64,000 nucleotides of DNA from the sequence record MW735835.1; one strand, given 5' to 3'. Of this stretch, positions 29,010 to 37,684 are shown piece after piece. The first letter of the stretch is position 1. Each line of letters starts with the position of its first letter. The notes under the pieces were generated by a model. That model saw nothing but the letters and a program-made list of their open reading frames with translations, was not told the DNA's origin and searched no databases. The position numbers and the translations under genes are program-made.

Positions 29010-30047
29010 ATGGGTGGTAATGCACTGGCTCCGTTTGGAGCGCGTCGCGTAGACGCAAAGACTGCAAAAGCAGTGACCAGAAAGATGTTCGACGTGATGT
29101 CTGCTATCGCGGTCAAGCACGGCCTGGTTCTGAACATGCACCTGATTCCGGCTTATCGCACCAAGCCGGACTTCGGTGACCTGGACTTCGTCGTTGACAG
29201 TCGCTTCATGCAGGGGATCGACCGTACCACCCTCCTTGCCGAGTTGAAAGAACACTTCAACGCGGACATTCCGTTCAACAATGGTGGAACGGTGCTAAGT
29301 GTTGGCGTTCCGTTGGAAGAAGGTGGGTGTCTACAAGTCGATCTCATCTGGACTGCCGAAGAGAACATCAACACTTCGTTGGCGTACTTTGCCTGGAACG
29401 ATCTCGGTAACCTGATGGGTCGGATCGCGCACAAGTTCGGTTTGAAGTATGGCCATGATGGTTTGTGGATCGTCCTCCGTGACGGCACCTATGAGTTCGG
29501 CAAGATCCTCATCACGCGGGACACTGCCGAAGCTCTGACCTTCATGGGCTACGATCCCGTACGTTGGCTAGAAGGGTTCGAAACCCGTGACGATATCTAC
29601 CGTTTCACGGCATCGACTCGTTTCTTCAACAAAGCGATCTTCGAACTGGACAACCGGAACCACACGGCACGGGTACGTGAGAAGAAACGTCCTGTGTACA
29701 TGGAGTTCCTGGAGTGGGTGAAGAACCCGCCGTTCGAGTTGGCTGAGTACGAGTTCCCTGCGGACAAGTCGCTGAACCTCCCTCGTCTGTTTGAAGTGTT
29801 CCCACATGTCAAGCCGATCTACGAGAAAGAGTGGGCGAAGCTGGAAGAGCAGAAGTACCTCAAGACCCGGTTCAACGCAAGCCTTGTGAAAGAAATCACA
29901 GGGCGTGAAGATCGGGCGCTGGGTGATTACATGAAGCACTTCAAAGCAAACCACTGGAGTGCACTGGCGGACATCCGGAATATGTCGGACGACCAAGTCC
30001 GTGACCTGATCGTCCGTGTCGAGAAGGAATTGACTGAGATGGCGTAA
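29010..30047 (+). CDS. Pol-beta/PolX-like nucleotidyltransferase
   Basis: FGDLDFVV (G-D-x-D), third Asp in QVDLI, thumb-like YFAWNDLGNLMGRIAHKFGLKYGHDGL. Confidence 0.7.
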   Translation: MGGNALAPFGARRVDAKTAKAVTRKMFDVMSAIAVKHGLVLNMHLIPAYRTKPDFGDLDFVVDSRFMQGIDRTTLLAELKEHFNADIPFNNGGTVLSVGVPLEEGGCLQVDLIWTAEENINTSLAYFAWNDLGNLMGRIAHKFGLKYGHDGLWIVLRDGTYEFGKILITRDTAEALTFMGYDPVRWLEGFETRDDIYRFTASTRFFNKAIFELDNRNHTARVREKKRPVYMEFLEWVKNPPFELAEYEFPADKSLNLPRLFEVFPHVKPIYEKEWAKLEEQKYLKTRFNASLVKEITGREDRALGDYMKHFKANHWSALADIRNMSDDQVRDLIVRVEKELTEMA

Positions 30048-30067
30048 GCTACTCATAAGGAGTCTAA

Positions 30068-31378
30068 ATGGAAGTATTTCTGGTAGGTGGGTTTGTCCGG
30101 GATACACTTCTCGGACTCTCGCCGAACGATCGCGACTATGTCGTGGTTGGAGAAAGCCCAGAAAGCATGCTGGCGAAGGGGTTCACCCAAGTGGGTGGCC
30201 ACTTCCCGGTATTCTTGCATCCCGAAACCCAAGAAGAATATGCCCTGGCCCGGCAAGAGGTGAGCACCGGTGACGGTTACGGTGACTTCACCTATAACTG
30301 GGACGGGGTGTCGCTCGAGATGGACTTGAGCCGTCGTGATTTGACGATCAATGCCATGGCGATTGACACCAACGGTGAAGTGGTAGACCTGTTTGGAGGG
30401 GTAGCTGACCTCAACGCACGACTACTGCGGCACGTAGGTCCTGCATTCGTTGAAGACCCGTTACGGATCATGCGTGTGGCTCGTCTGTCTGCGGTATTGG
30501 GCTTCGACATCGCGTACGAAACCATGGCCCTCATGAAAGAAATGGTGGCCAAGGGCATGCTTCAGGCGTTACCGGGCGAACGCGTGTGGAAAGAGACTGA
30601 GAAGGCTCTGCTCAGCAAAGAACCGAGTCGGTATTTCAAGGTGCTGAAGGAATGCGGTGCTCTCCATGTCTGGTTCCCTGAACTGGACTTGATGGATCGT
30701 GTCCCGCAGCGTCCTGATTACCACGCTGAAGGCGATGTCTGGGTGCACACCCTGATGGTGCTGGATGAATCGGTGCCGCTGACCATGCATTTGGATCGTG
30801 AGCGTTGCTTGCGAGTGCGTTACGCCACGTTGACGCATGACTTCGGTAAGCTGGGCACACCGCAGAAGCTCTTGTGGGCAGATGACGGTGAGTTGCTGGG
30901 CAAACACCATGGTCATGAGGACCCAGATCGCTTTGGTCCGTTCCTGATGGCCTTCTCCAACCGGATTAAGGTGCCTACTCGCCTGCGTAAGTTCGCTCAT
31001 GTCGTGTCGGTCATTCATCAGAATGTCCACTCGATCAAGAAGATGTCTCCTAAGGGCCTGGTGTCGTTGTTCGACAAGGTCGGCGGTAACCGTTCCATTC
31101 GCGATGATGAATACTACCTGGAAGATCTCTCGATCGCCTGCTTGGCTGATAGCCTCGGTAGGCTGATAACCAAAGAAGATGGGTCGCTGGCTCAGATTCC
31201 CGGGTATCCTCAAGGCCAGTACTTCATCGACACCATGACACTCATCAACAACGTCGATGCTGGCGAGATCATGCAGAAAGAACTGGCCAAACGATGGCCG
31301 GTGAAGAAAGCACTGGAGAGCGTCCGGTCTGCTCGCAGTAAGGCAGTCGCTCCCTACGTCCGATCCCATAAATCTTAG
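30068..31378 (+). CDS. cca: multifunctional CCA tRNA nucleotidyltransferase with HD domain
   Basis: VGGFVRD..DRDYVVVG, EYALAR, DLSRRDLTINAMA, EDPLRIMR, YHAEGDVWVH, THDFGK. Confidence 0.95.
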   Translation: MEVFLVGGFVRDTLLGLSPNDRDYVVVGESPESMLAKGFTQVGGHFPVFLHPETQEEYALARQEVSTGDGYGDFTYNWDGVSLEMDLSRRDLTINAMAIDTNGEVVDLFGGVADLNARLLRHVGPAFVEDPLRIMRVARLSAVLGFDIAYETMALMKEMVAKGMLQALPGERVWKETEKALLSKEPSRYFKVLKECGALHVWFPELDLMDRVPQRPDYHAEGDVWVHTLMVLDESVPLTMHLDRERCLRVRYATLTHDFGKLGTPQKLLWADDGELLGKHHGHEDPDRFGPFLMAFSNRIKVPTRLRKFAHVVSVIHQNVHSIKKMSPKGLVSLFDKVGGNRSIRDDEYYLEDLSIACLADSLGRLITKEDGSLAQIPGYPQGQYFIDTMTLINNVDAGEIMQKELAKRWPVKKALESVRSARSKAVAPYVRSHKS

Positions 31379-31386
31379 GAGTCCGT

Positions 31387-31884
31387 ATGGACCGTGAGTT
31401 TCTTGCTGAAATCGATCCTATCATCGCACAGATCAAGTCCGATGATGCAGGCAACTACGTCTTCCACCCGACCGAGAAGTCGTACGCCCTGATCCTGATC
31501 GACCGTACCATCGACATCTACGCTCGCATCCAGCACACCGGCCTGCAAGAGGCCATGAAGGACATGTGCGGCGTATTCGACCTCGTGTACGAGCCGCCGC
31601 AGGGCTGGAAGCTGAACGGGGTGTCATCGTTCTCGATCACTCTGATCGGCCAACGTGTCGACGTGTCGCTCGAGTTCTCCCGACACAACCCTGAAGACTC
31701 GAGCGTCATCGAGAAGGACCGGAAGGACTACGTGATCGAGCTGGCGAACTTCGCCGAGCGTGTCTACCTGTGTCGTATCCTCAGTGGCATCAATGTCAAC
31801 ATGCCTGTACACCGTAACCGTCAGCTGGACTTCGTGTTCACGTACGACGGTAAGGAACTGGCTATCAGTAAGCCGGGGGAGTGA
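31387..31884 (+). CDS. hypothetical protein
   Basis: 165 aa, AGGAG RBS. Confidence 0.75.
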   Translation: MDREFLAEIDPIIAQIKSDDAGNYVFHPTEKSYALILIDRTIDIYARIQHTGLQEAMKDMCGVFDLVYEPPQGWKLNGVSSFSITLIGQRVDVSLEFSRHNPEDSSVIEKDRKDYVIELANFAERVYLCRILSGINVNMPVHRNRQLDFVFTYDGKELAISKPGE

Positions 31885-32525
31885 TGAACCACTTTCTTAC
31901 TCGTCTGGAAGGTAAGCTGCTGGTAGTCCTTGAGACGAATCCCAGTGCTAACCTTCCATACCACAACAACGAACACATGAAACAGATGTGGGCGCTGGCC
32001 AGGACCATCTGGGAACGTGAGGAGGAAGATGTCGGTCTGGGCGATTCCACTTGGAACTACGTGGTGCTGATGTTCGCCTGCCTGTTCCATGATTGGGATC
32101 ATTCCGGTGGCCACGACTCCGATCACTACAACGTGCTCCGGGCTCGTGAGTTCGTCGAAGAGCTGATCGCCAAGAATGGTTACACCCTCCCGGGGCGTGT
32201 CATCAAGGCGATTGACGATGCGATCGCCGTGACCGAGTTCCCCTTCGTTATCCAGCCGAAGAATCGACTGGAAGCAGTGATTCGCGATGCGGACTCACTG
32301 TATGCCACTCATCGTCGCGACCCTACCGTCATCATTGACGGCTTGCGTCAAGAGATGGAAGTCAAGTTTGGCAATGCGATCTCTGACCAGCAGATGCTGG
32401 ACGGTCATATCGACTTCATGGCCAAGACCACCATGTTCACCAAAACCGCCCACGATATCTGGGCTGCCAACGCGCAGCCGTTCGTGGAAGACCTGAAACG
32501 CTACGTTAAAGAACGAGGTAATTGA
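31881..32525 (+). CDS. HD-domain phosphohydrolase
   Basis: LPYHNNEH, ACLFHDWDHSG, IRDAD. Confidence 0.85.
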   Translation: MMNHFLTRLEGKLLVVLETNPSANLPYHNNEHMKQMWALARTIWEREEEDVGLGDSTWNYVVLMFACLFHDWDHSGGHDSDHYNVLRAREFVEELIAKNGYTLPGRVIKAIDDAIAVTEFPFVIQPKNRLEAVIRDADSLYATHRRDPTVIIDGLRQEMEVKFGNAISDQQMLDGHIDFMAKTTMFTKTAHDIWAANAQPFVEDLKRYVKERGN

Positions 32526-32830
32526 TGTCTACTCACCAGGTACGCAGCTACACCCTGAGCGGTGCTGCCATGGACGTGTTCACCAAGCTGTATCACAAAG
32601 GTCCGCAGGAAGACGGCGATCTGCCGAGCAAAGCCGGCATGACCGAATTGATCGATCTCGGCCTGGCCAAGAAAGACACCCGTCAAGACGGCATCAACAA
32701 GCTGACCAAACTCGGTGAGCATGAAGCGGGCGTGTACTTCACCCAAGTGGCCGTCAACAAGCAGCAAGAAGAAGCTGCTGCACGTGAAGCCGAGGAAGAG
32801 GATACCACCGATGAAGCAGAGCAGGCGTAA
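32522..32830 (+). CDS. hypothetical protein with acidic tail
   Basis: 102 aa; overlap-coupled. Confidence 0.7.
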   Translation: MMSTHQVRSYTLSGAAMDVFTKLYHKGPQEDGDLPSKAGMTELIDLGLAKKDTRQDGINKLTKLGEHEAGVYFTQVAVNKQQEEAAAREAEEEDTTDEAEQA

Positions 32831-33107
32831 TTTCCTGCGGATGATCGGTGTAGGTGCAGGAGCGGCAATTGCCGCTCCTGTGTTTGCACTGGTCCCTGAA
32901 CCGCAGGTCGACTTGGCCGCCCTCGAAGCTGAGTATCATCAGAAGGTCCTTGACGATCTGCTGACCCGCATCCGTGAAGGCGTCTACGAACAGGTCCAGA
33001 ATAGCAACTACGAAACTGCCCTCGAAGCTGCTCGTGGTGACGCGTTTGCCAACATGCTCTTTCAGAACCGGGTGGTAACGCCCGATGAAGTTGGACTCTT
33101 CGTATAA
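32811..33107 (+). CDS. putative Tat-exported protein
   Basis: ATG 32811 after GAGGA; MKQSRRNFLR, hydrophobic core, VFA. Confidence 0.65.
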   Translation: MKQSRRNFLRMIGVGAGAAIAAPVFALVPEPQVDLAALEAEYHQKVLDDLLTRIREGVYEQVQNSNYETALEAARGDAFANMLFQNRVVTPDEVGLFV

Positions 33108-33137
33108 ACGCTCTAAGAGCACAACAAGGACTAAGAA

Positions 33138-33560
33138 ATGAAGAAGTACAGCCTGTTTCTCGCCGTCGCTTTCGCTTCCCTGACCCACATCGCCCCGACT
33201 CAAGCAGCCGAGATCATCGGCGAGGTAACGGCGGTCGTCGAGAAGGCAACCTGCACGCTCGTAGCGAAGGAAGACACCACCGGGAAGACCGTGGTAGGTG
33301 GTGGCGCTGGCGCGGTCGGTGGGGCCGTTGTAGGCCGTCTGATAGGGGGTAAGAAAGGTACCGGGTGGGGTGCACTGATTGGTGCCGGTGCTGGTGCCCT
33401 GATCGGTAACAACATGGGCGACGAGACCTACTCGTGCAACCTGATCATTACTGCTGATGGCAAGCGCCAGATGGTCGATGCGACCACCGAGAAGAAGCTC
33501 AAGCAGGGTGACCAGATCACCCTGATCAAGACCGACGACGGGAAACTGTCTGTCATGTGA
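33138..33560 (+). CDS. glycine-zipper 2TM (YcfJ/SlyB-like) exported protein
   Basis: Signal peptide; GGGAGAVGGAVVG...GALIGAGAGALIG. Confidence 0.75.
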   Translation: MKKYSLFLAVAFASLTHIAPTQAAEIIGEVTAVVEKATCTLVAKEDTTGKTVVGGGAGAVGGAVVGRLIGGKKGTGWGALIGAGAGALIGNNMGDETYSCNLIITADGKRQMVDATTEKKLKQGDQITLIKTDDGKLSVM

Positions 33561-33567
33561 TCCAAGC

Positions 33568-33600
33568 GTCCGAGGGGTAACTCCCTCGGACTGTATACCG
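33568..33600 (+). terminator. hairpin with TATACCG tail
   Basis: GTCCGAGGG/CCCTCGGAC 9-bp stem. Confidence 0.6.
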
Positions 33601-33659
33601 CATTGGATTTTTCTTTGGTCCTACATTATCCAGCAGCACTAAGCTAAGGGGGTAACACC

Positions 33660-33938
33660 ATGAGCGAGTCACCAGAAGAGTTTGGGCCACTGACGCCTGA
33701 ACAAGAACAAGAGATGCTCCGTCATCCGTTGAACGGACAGTACATCCACGAGCTGGAAGAGGATGTCAAGTACTACAGCCGTGTGCTCAAGGACACTTCG
33801 GAAGGCGATCCAGTACATCGCCGCTTTACCGCCCAGCTGGAATCCACGCAGCGTTACATTAACCTTCGCCGTCGGTTTGACCAATACGGCGTCGCTACCA
33901 TCTTCGACCTGGACAAAGTCCACGACACCCGCCGTTAA
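33660..33938 (+). CDS. hypothetical protein
   Basis: 92 aa downstream of TACATTA 33622. Confidence 0.7.
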   Translation: MSESPEEFGPLTPEQEQEMLRHPLNGQYIHELEEDVKYYSRVLKDTSEGDPVHRRFTAQLESTQRYINLRRRFDQYGVATIFDLDKVHDTRR

Positions 33939-33967
33939 TTCACCCAGCAATCATCAGGAGATACCCC

Positions 33968-34306
33968 ATGAACAAAGCACTCGACGAACTGATGTGGGCT
34001 GCTCACCGCGCGGAAGGTGAAGCCGCTCATGCAATCGACAACACCGAAGGGATGTTCATCGACATCCGTGACGAGCAACAACTGCCCGTTGAAGGTGACA
34101 TCGAAGGTATCCATACCTTTAACCTGGGCGTGTCCATGGGTATCAAAACCTTCCTGGATCATTTGTCCACGGCAGGCTACAGCATCGTTACTCCTGACGG
34201 TGACGTCATTGCGCCTCATAGCGAAGGCTGCAAGACCGAACCGCTGGGTGAGACCTGGCAACACTGGCTGCTCTCGGGTGGCAAGAACCTGCGGGTGGCG
34301 GAATGA
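33968..34306 (+). CDS. hypothetical protein
   Basis: 112 aa, AGGAG RBS. Confidence 0.7.
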   Translation: MNKALDELMWAAHRAEGEAAHAIDNTEGMFIDIRDEQQLPVEGDIEGIHTFNLGVSMGIKTFLDHLSTAGYSIVTPDGDVIAPHSEGCKTEPLGETWQHWLLSGGKNLRVAE

Positions 34307-34659
34307 AAACGGCAGTAGATCTCCACGTGCGTGTGAAAAGTGTCTACCTTGCTTCCACGCACCATTATAAACGCCTGAAGGGAGGCAAACAACTCAGTCG
34401 TATTCGCCGTTGTGTGAAGGACGTTACAACCGAAGTCAGACCCAAGCAGGACGCTGTTAATGGCATCAACCTGATCATCGAAGTCCGTGATCGTCAATTC
34501 ACGGGTCGTCTGGAAGGTGTCCTGTGCAAGAAGACCGGTACCATCAGCTTCGCGGTTGTCGATTCCCAGATGTCCAGTTACCTGAAGAAGAAACGCTTCA
34601 ATGTAATTGGTTATGAACTCGAAGCCCGCCAAACCAACCTCAATCGCCGTAAAACGTAA
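34303..34659 (+). CDS. basic hypothetical protein
   Basis: 118 aa, ATGA overlap. Confidence 0.65.
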   Translation: MKTAVDLHVRVKSVYLASTHHYKRLKGGKQLSRIRRCVKDVTTEVRPKQDAVNGINLIIEVRDRQFTGRLEGVLCKKTGTISFAVVDSQMSSYLKKKRFNVIGYELEARQTNLNRRKT

Positions 34660-34670
34660 GAGAGATAACC

Positions 34671-34904
34671 ATGAGTGAGAACAAAAGCGCTGTAGATTTC
34701 ATCCTGGATCAGGCTGACCAGTTTGATCCGACCACCGTGCCCGGCTTTGAAGAGCGGGACAAGGCCGGTGAGTTCAAGAACAAGACCCCGTCCGAGATCC
34801 GCGAGATCCTCCTGAACGAAGCCGAGATGGAGGATTACAACCGCGAAGAGGCCGACGCCATGGAAGAAGAAGACCGTCGTAATGAGGAGCGCGATGATGG
34901 CTGA
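34671..34904 (+). CDS. acidic hypothetical protein
   Basis: 77 aa, E/D-rich. Confidence 0.7.
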   Translation: MSENKSAVDFILDQADQFDPTTVPGFEERDKAGEFKNKTPSEIREILLNEAEMEDYNREEADAMEEEDRRNEERDDG

Positions 34905-35205
34905 GAAAGACGATCAGCTGGCTGAAGACCTGCGCGTACCTGTCGGCGGTTTCTCGGTCAGCACTCAGCTGAAAGCGCAGCTGTCCGGCGTCAAGAAGCT
35001 CCTGGAAACCGACTACTCCAAGTTCAAGGAGAAGAAGGCCTACAGGCTGAAGAAGATCCCGGACGCCGCCTACTTCATCAACTACATCGCCGTGTGCCCG
35101 AACAGCGGTCTGCCAATGGCCCTGGGCTTCACGGTGACCACCACTGGCTACGCTCCTCAGGCAATGCTGCTGAAGGACCTCAAACCGGAAGAAGTGTTCT
35201 TCTAA
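34894..35205 (+). CDS. hypothetical protein, paralog A
   Basis: Alignable with the next gene. Confidence 0.7.
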   Translation: MMAEKDDQLAEDLRVPVGGFSVSTQLKAQLSGVKKLLETDYSKFKEKKAYRLKKIPDAAYFINYIAVCPNSGLPMALGFTVTTTGYAPQAMLLKDLKPEEVFF

Positions 35206-35214
35206 GGAGTTGTC

Positions 35215-35538
35215 ATGTCGCTGAAAGAAGACGATCCCTGGGCAGGGACGATCGACCTCACTCAGGCCAGTTTCGGGCGAGGGCGCGAGATCAAGGTCCA
35301 GTTGATGGTGGCGCACCAGTTGGCCACCATGGATTTCAGTGGTTTCAAGGCCAAGCACTGCTACCGGGTGCGTGGTCAAGAAGATGCTGTCTTCTACATC
35401 AACGAGATCCAGAAGCACCACGAATCGGCCATGCCGGAAGCCTGCGGGTTCTTGTGCATTCCCGGCTCCCTGAAACCTGCCCGTGTCATGCTCACTGAGT
35501 TGGGCGGGGAGGTGTTCATTGGTCCTTCCGTACTCTAA
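35215..35538 (+). CDS. hypothetical protein, paralog B
   Basis: DFSGFKAKHCYR vs DYSKFKEKKAYR. Confidence 0.7.
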   Translation: MSLKEDDPWAGTIDLTQASFGRGREIKVQLMVAHQLATMDFSGFKAKHCYRVRGQEDAVFYINEIQKHHESAMPEACGFLCIPGSLKPARVMLTELGGEVFIGPSVL

Positions 35539-35569
35539 GCAGAAGCCATCTGTTGGTGGTCTGGCGCTG

Positions 35570-35782
35570 ATGGTTCCGGCCAACGACAACAAGCCAGACT
35601 TCGTCATCATTGGCGACCATACCAGGCTCTCCGTCAAGGCGTCTCTCTGGTTCAAGGTACGGGCAACCGTTCAGCACCAGTGGGCCTACGATCAACTCAA
35701 GAAGTTCGCTGAAGCGAATGAAATGAGTGAGCCGATCTTGGTCATCATCGATTACGACCACCAAGTCATCAAGCCGAAATAG
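35570..35782 (+). CDS. small hypothetical protein
   Basis: MVPANDNKPDF...; start uncertain. Confidence 0.55.
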   Translation: MVPANDNKPDFVIIGDHTRLSVKASLWFKVRATVQHQWAYDQLKKFAEANEMSEPILVIIDYDHQVIKPK

Positions 35783-35810
35783 AGGAGAGGCCTTCGGGCC
35801 TCTCCTTTTC
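35783..35810 (+). terminator. intrinsic terminator
   Basis: AGGAGAGGCC-TTCG-GGCCTCTCCT then TTT. Confidence 0.75.
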
Positions 35811-35829
35811 ACCATCGTGAGGGAACGAC

Positions 35830-36639
35830 ATGTACACTGCCAAGTCTTCAGGGATCGTGCAATACAACGCAAACGACAGTCGCGTTGAGATCCTGCGGCC
35901 GGTCAACGCATCGGAACGTGCAAACCCCGAATCCTTTTATCAGCTTGAGGAATTCCTCACTGGTACCGTGATCCAGATGGTCGCTACCAAGGACCTCAAT
36001 CACTTCCGCCAGCATGAGAACCTGCATGTCTGGGGTAAAGAACTCTACACCATGGAGATGTACGTCAACCTGCTACGAGATGTGCACCGCATGGTGATCG
36101 TTCATGGACCTAATACCGAAGTCTTCGGTCCACAACCAGATCAGGGCTTCATCATGAAGTCCATCGGCAACAAGATGCACGTCGGGATGCAAGTGACCAA
36201 CCAAGCGGTGTTAATGGCCTTGGACACGCACATCGCCGGTATCATGGCAGATGGCACTATCCTGCGTGAAGGGACGGTGTCTTCGTTTGACAGTTTCGTC
36301 GCAATGGCTCAGCAACGTGTCGATAACGCGTTATCAATCATCACCACGGAGGCTTCTGGCTGCTTGCGTCGACAATGGGACCAAGCTGCTGGGTTGGAGA
36401 TCCATGAGATCCAGCACTTCTACGTTCGCAACACGTCGACAGACTGGAAGGACTACCTCGACCTGCAACGGGTCATGGACATCCTCAACGTCTCGCACAC
36501 CACCATCAATCGTTACCGAGCTGGGCAAGTCCCTGCGGGTTGCGATCCCTTCCCCAAACCTGACCGCTTTCGTGGTCGGTCCCCGTACTGGCATAAGAAC
36601 ACCATCGATGGCTGGATCGTCCGCCGGGTAATGGAGTGA
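35830..36639 (+). CDS. protein with C-terminal AlpA/excisionase-like HTH
   Basis: YLDLQRVMDILNVSHTTINRY...FPKP...GRSPYW....IDGW. Confidence 0.75.
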   Translation: MYTAKSSGIVQYNANDSRVEILRPVNASERANPESFYQLEEFLTGTVIQMVATKDLNHFRQHENLHVWGKELYTMEMYVNLLRDVHRMVIVHGPNTEVFGPQPDQGFIMKSIGNKMHVGMQVTNQAVLMALDTHIAGIMADGTILREGTVSSFDSFVAMAQQRVDNALSIITTEASGCLRRQWDQAAGLEIHEIQHFYVRNTSTDWKDYLDLQRVMDILNVSHTTINRYRAGQVPAGCDPFPKPDRFRGRSPYWHKNTIDGWIVRRVME

Positions 36640-36641
36640 TC

Positions 36642-36671
36642 GAGGGAGCCTTCGGGCTCCCTCTTATGCCG
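36642..36671 (+). terminator. hairpin with TTATGCCG tail
   Basis: GAGGGAGCC-TTCG-GGCTCCCTC. Confidence 0.7.
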
Positions 36672-36756
36672 CCTCGCCTATTTATTTTTTCCAAGATATC
36701 CCTATGTACCGCTTTCTTTAATAAGCCTGTTAAGGCTCCCAAACAGGTAGTAAATC

Positions 36757-37674
36757 ATGCCGCCCAGCTTTGAAACACTCAAGACGAAGTTCATGGCGCT
36801 GTTGGTAGCGATCTCTGAGCACCTGGACACCAAGCTGGACAAAACCAGTGCCGCTGTCAGCGCAGATAAGCTTACCAATCCGTTCAGCCTGACTCTCAGT
36901 GGTGATCTTTCTGGTAACGTCTTCATCCAAGGCAATACCAGCATCAACTGGAATGTCACTCTCGTGAATTCCGGCGTTACCGCCGGGGTCTACCCAAAAG
37001 TCACTGTCGATGCCAAAGGCCGTGTGACTGGTGGCGAACTACTTATCGCGGCAGACATCCCTTCCCTAGATGCGGCCAAGATCGGTTCGGGTACCTTTGC
37101 CGTTGCTCGCATTCCGACACTCGATGCATCGAAGGTGGGTACGGGTGTGTTTGACCCTCAGCGTATCCCACTGCCCACTAAACTGGCCGCATCCCGTTCC
37201 TTCACCATGACAGGCGATGGTGATTGGTCGGTCAGTGGTGACCTCAGTGGTAACCTGACCGGCGTCCTGACCCTGGCCAACTCCGGTGTCGTTGCGGGTA
37301 CGTACGGTGGGGCTACTCAGATCCCCCAAGTGACTGTGGATGCCAAAGGCCGTATCACGGGTGTCACGCTGGTGAACATCAAGGCCCAAACGGCCATCCC
37401 GGTGAACGAATACGTGACTGTGGCAGCAGGTGGCGTGAAGCAGTACGACCTGCAAACCCTGCTCGGCGCAGGTCATGCCAGCTTCGACAAGAAGACTGCT
37501 GAGATCTGCGTCCGTGCCAAAGACACCAACAGCGCTTCGCCGATGTACCAGGCGTACGCCAACGCAGAAGCACTGGTCAGTGCGGGCATCAAGGACGAAC
37601 GCTACGTAATCATCGCCAACCAGTCCACTTCCGCGCTGGACCTGTTCGTCAAGGTCCTTGTACATCCTCTTTAA
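36757..37674 (+). CDS. tail fibre protein
   Basis: Two SGVxAGxY...VTVDAKGR(V/I)TG repeats and two KxGxGxF..xRIP repeats. Confidence 0.8.
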   Translation: MPPSFETLKTKFMALLVAISEHLDTKLDKTSAAVSADKLTNPFSLTLSGDLSGNVFIQGNTSINWNVTLVNSGVTAGVYPKVTVDAKGRVTGGELLIAADIPSLDAAKIGSGTFAVARIPTLDASKVGTGVFDPQRIPLPTKLAASRSFTMTGDGDWSVSGDLSGNLTGVLTLANSGVVAGTYGGATQIPQVTVDAKGRITGVTLVNIKAQTAIPVNEYVTVAAGGVKQYDLQTLLGAGHASFDKKTAEICVRAKDTNSASPMYQAYANAEALVSAGIKDERYVIIANQSTSALDLFVKVLVHPL

Positions 37675-37684
37675 GGACTGAGCC

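Noticed and set aside
36960-37370. Imperfect direct repeat (GT.ACTGT.GATGCCAAAGGCCGT) resembling a DGR template/variable repeat pair
   Set aside because: Encodes the standard fibre VTVDAKGR repeat; differences are not adenine-specific and no RT is present
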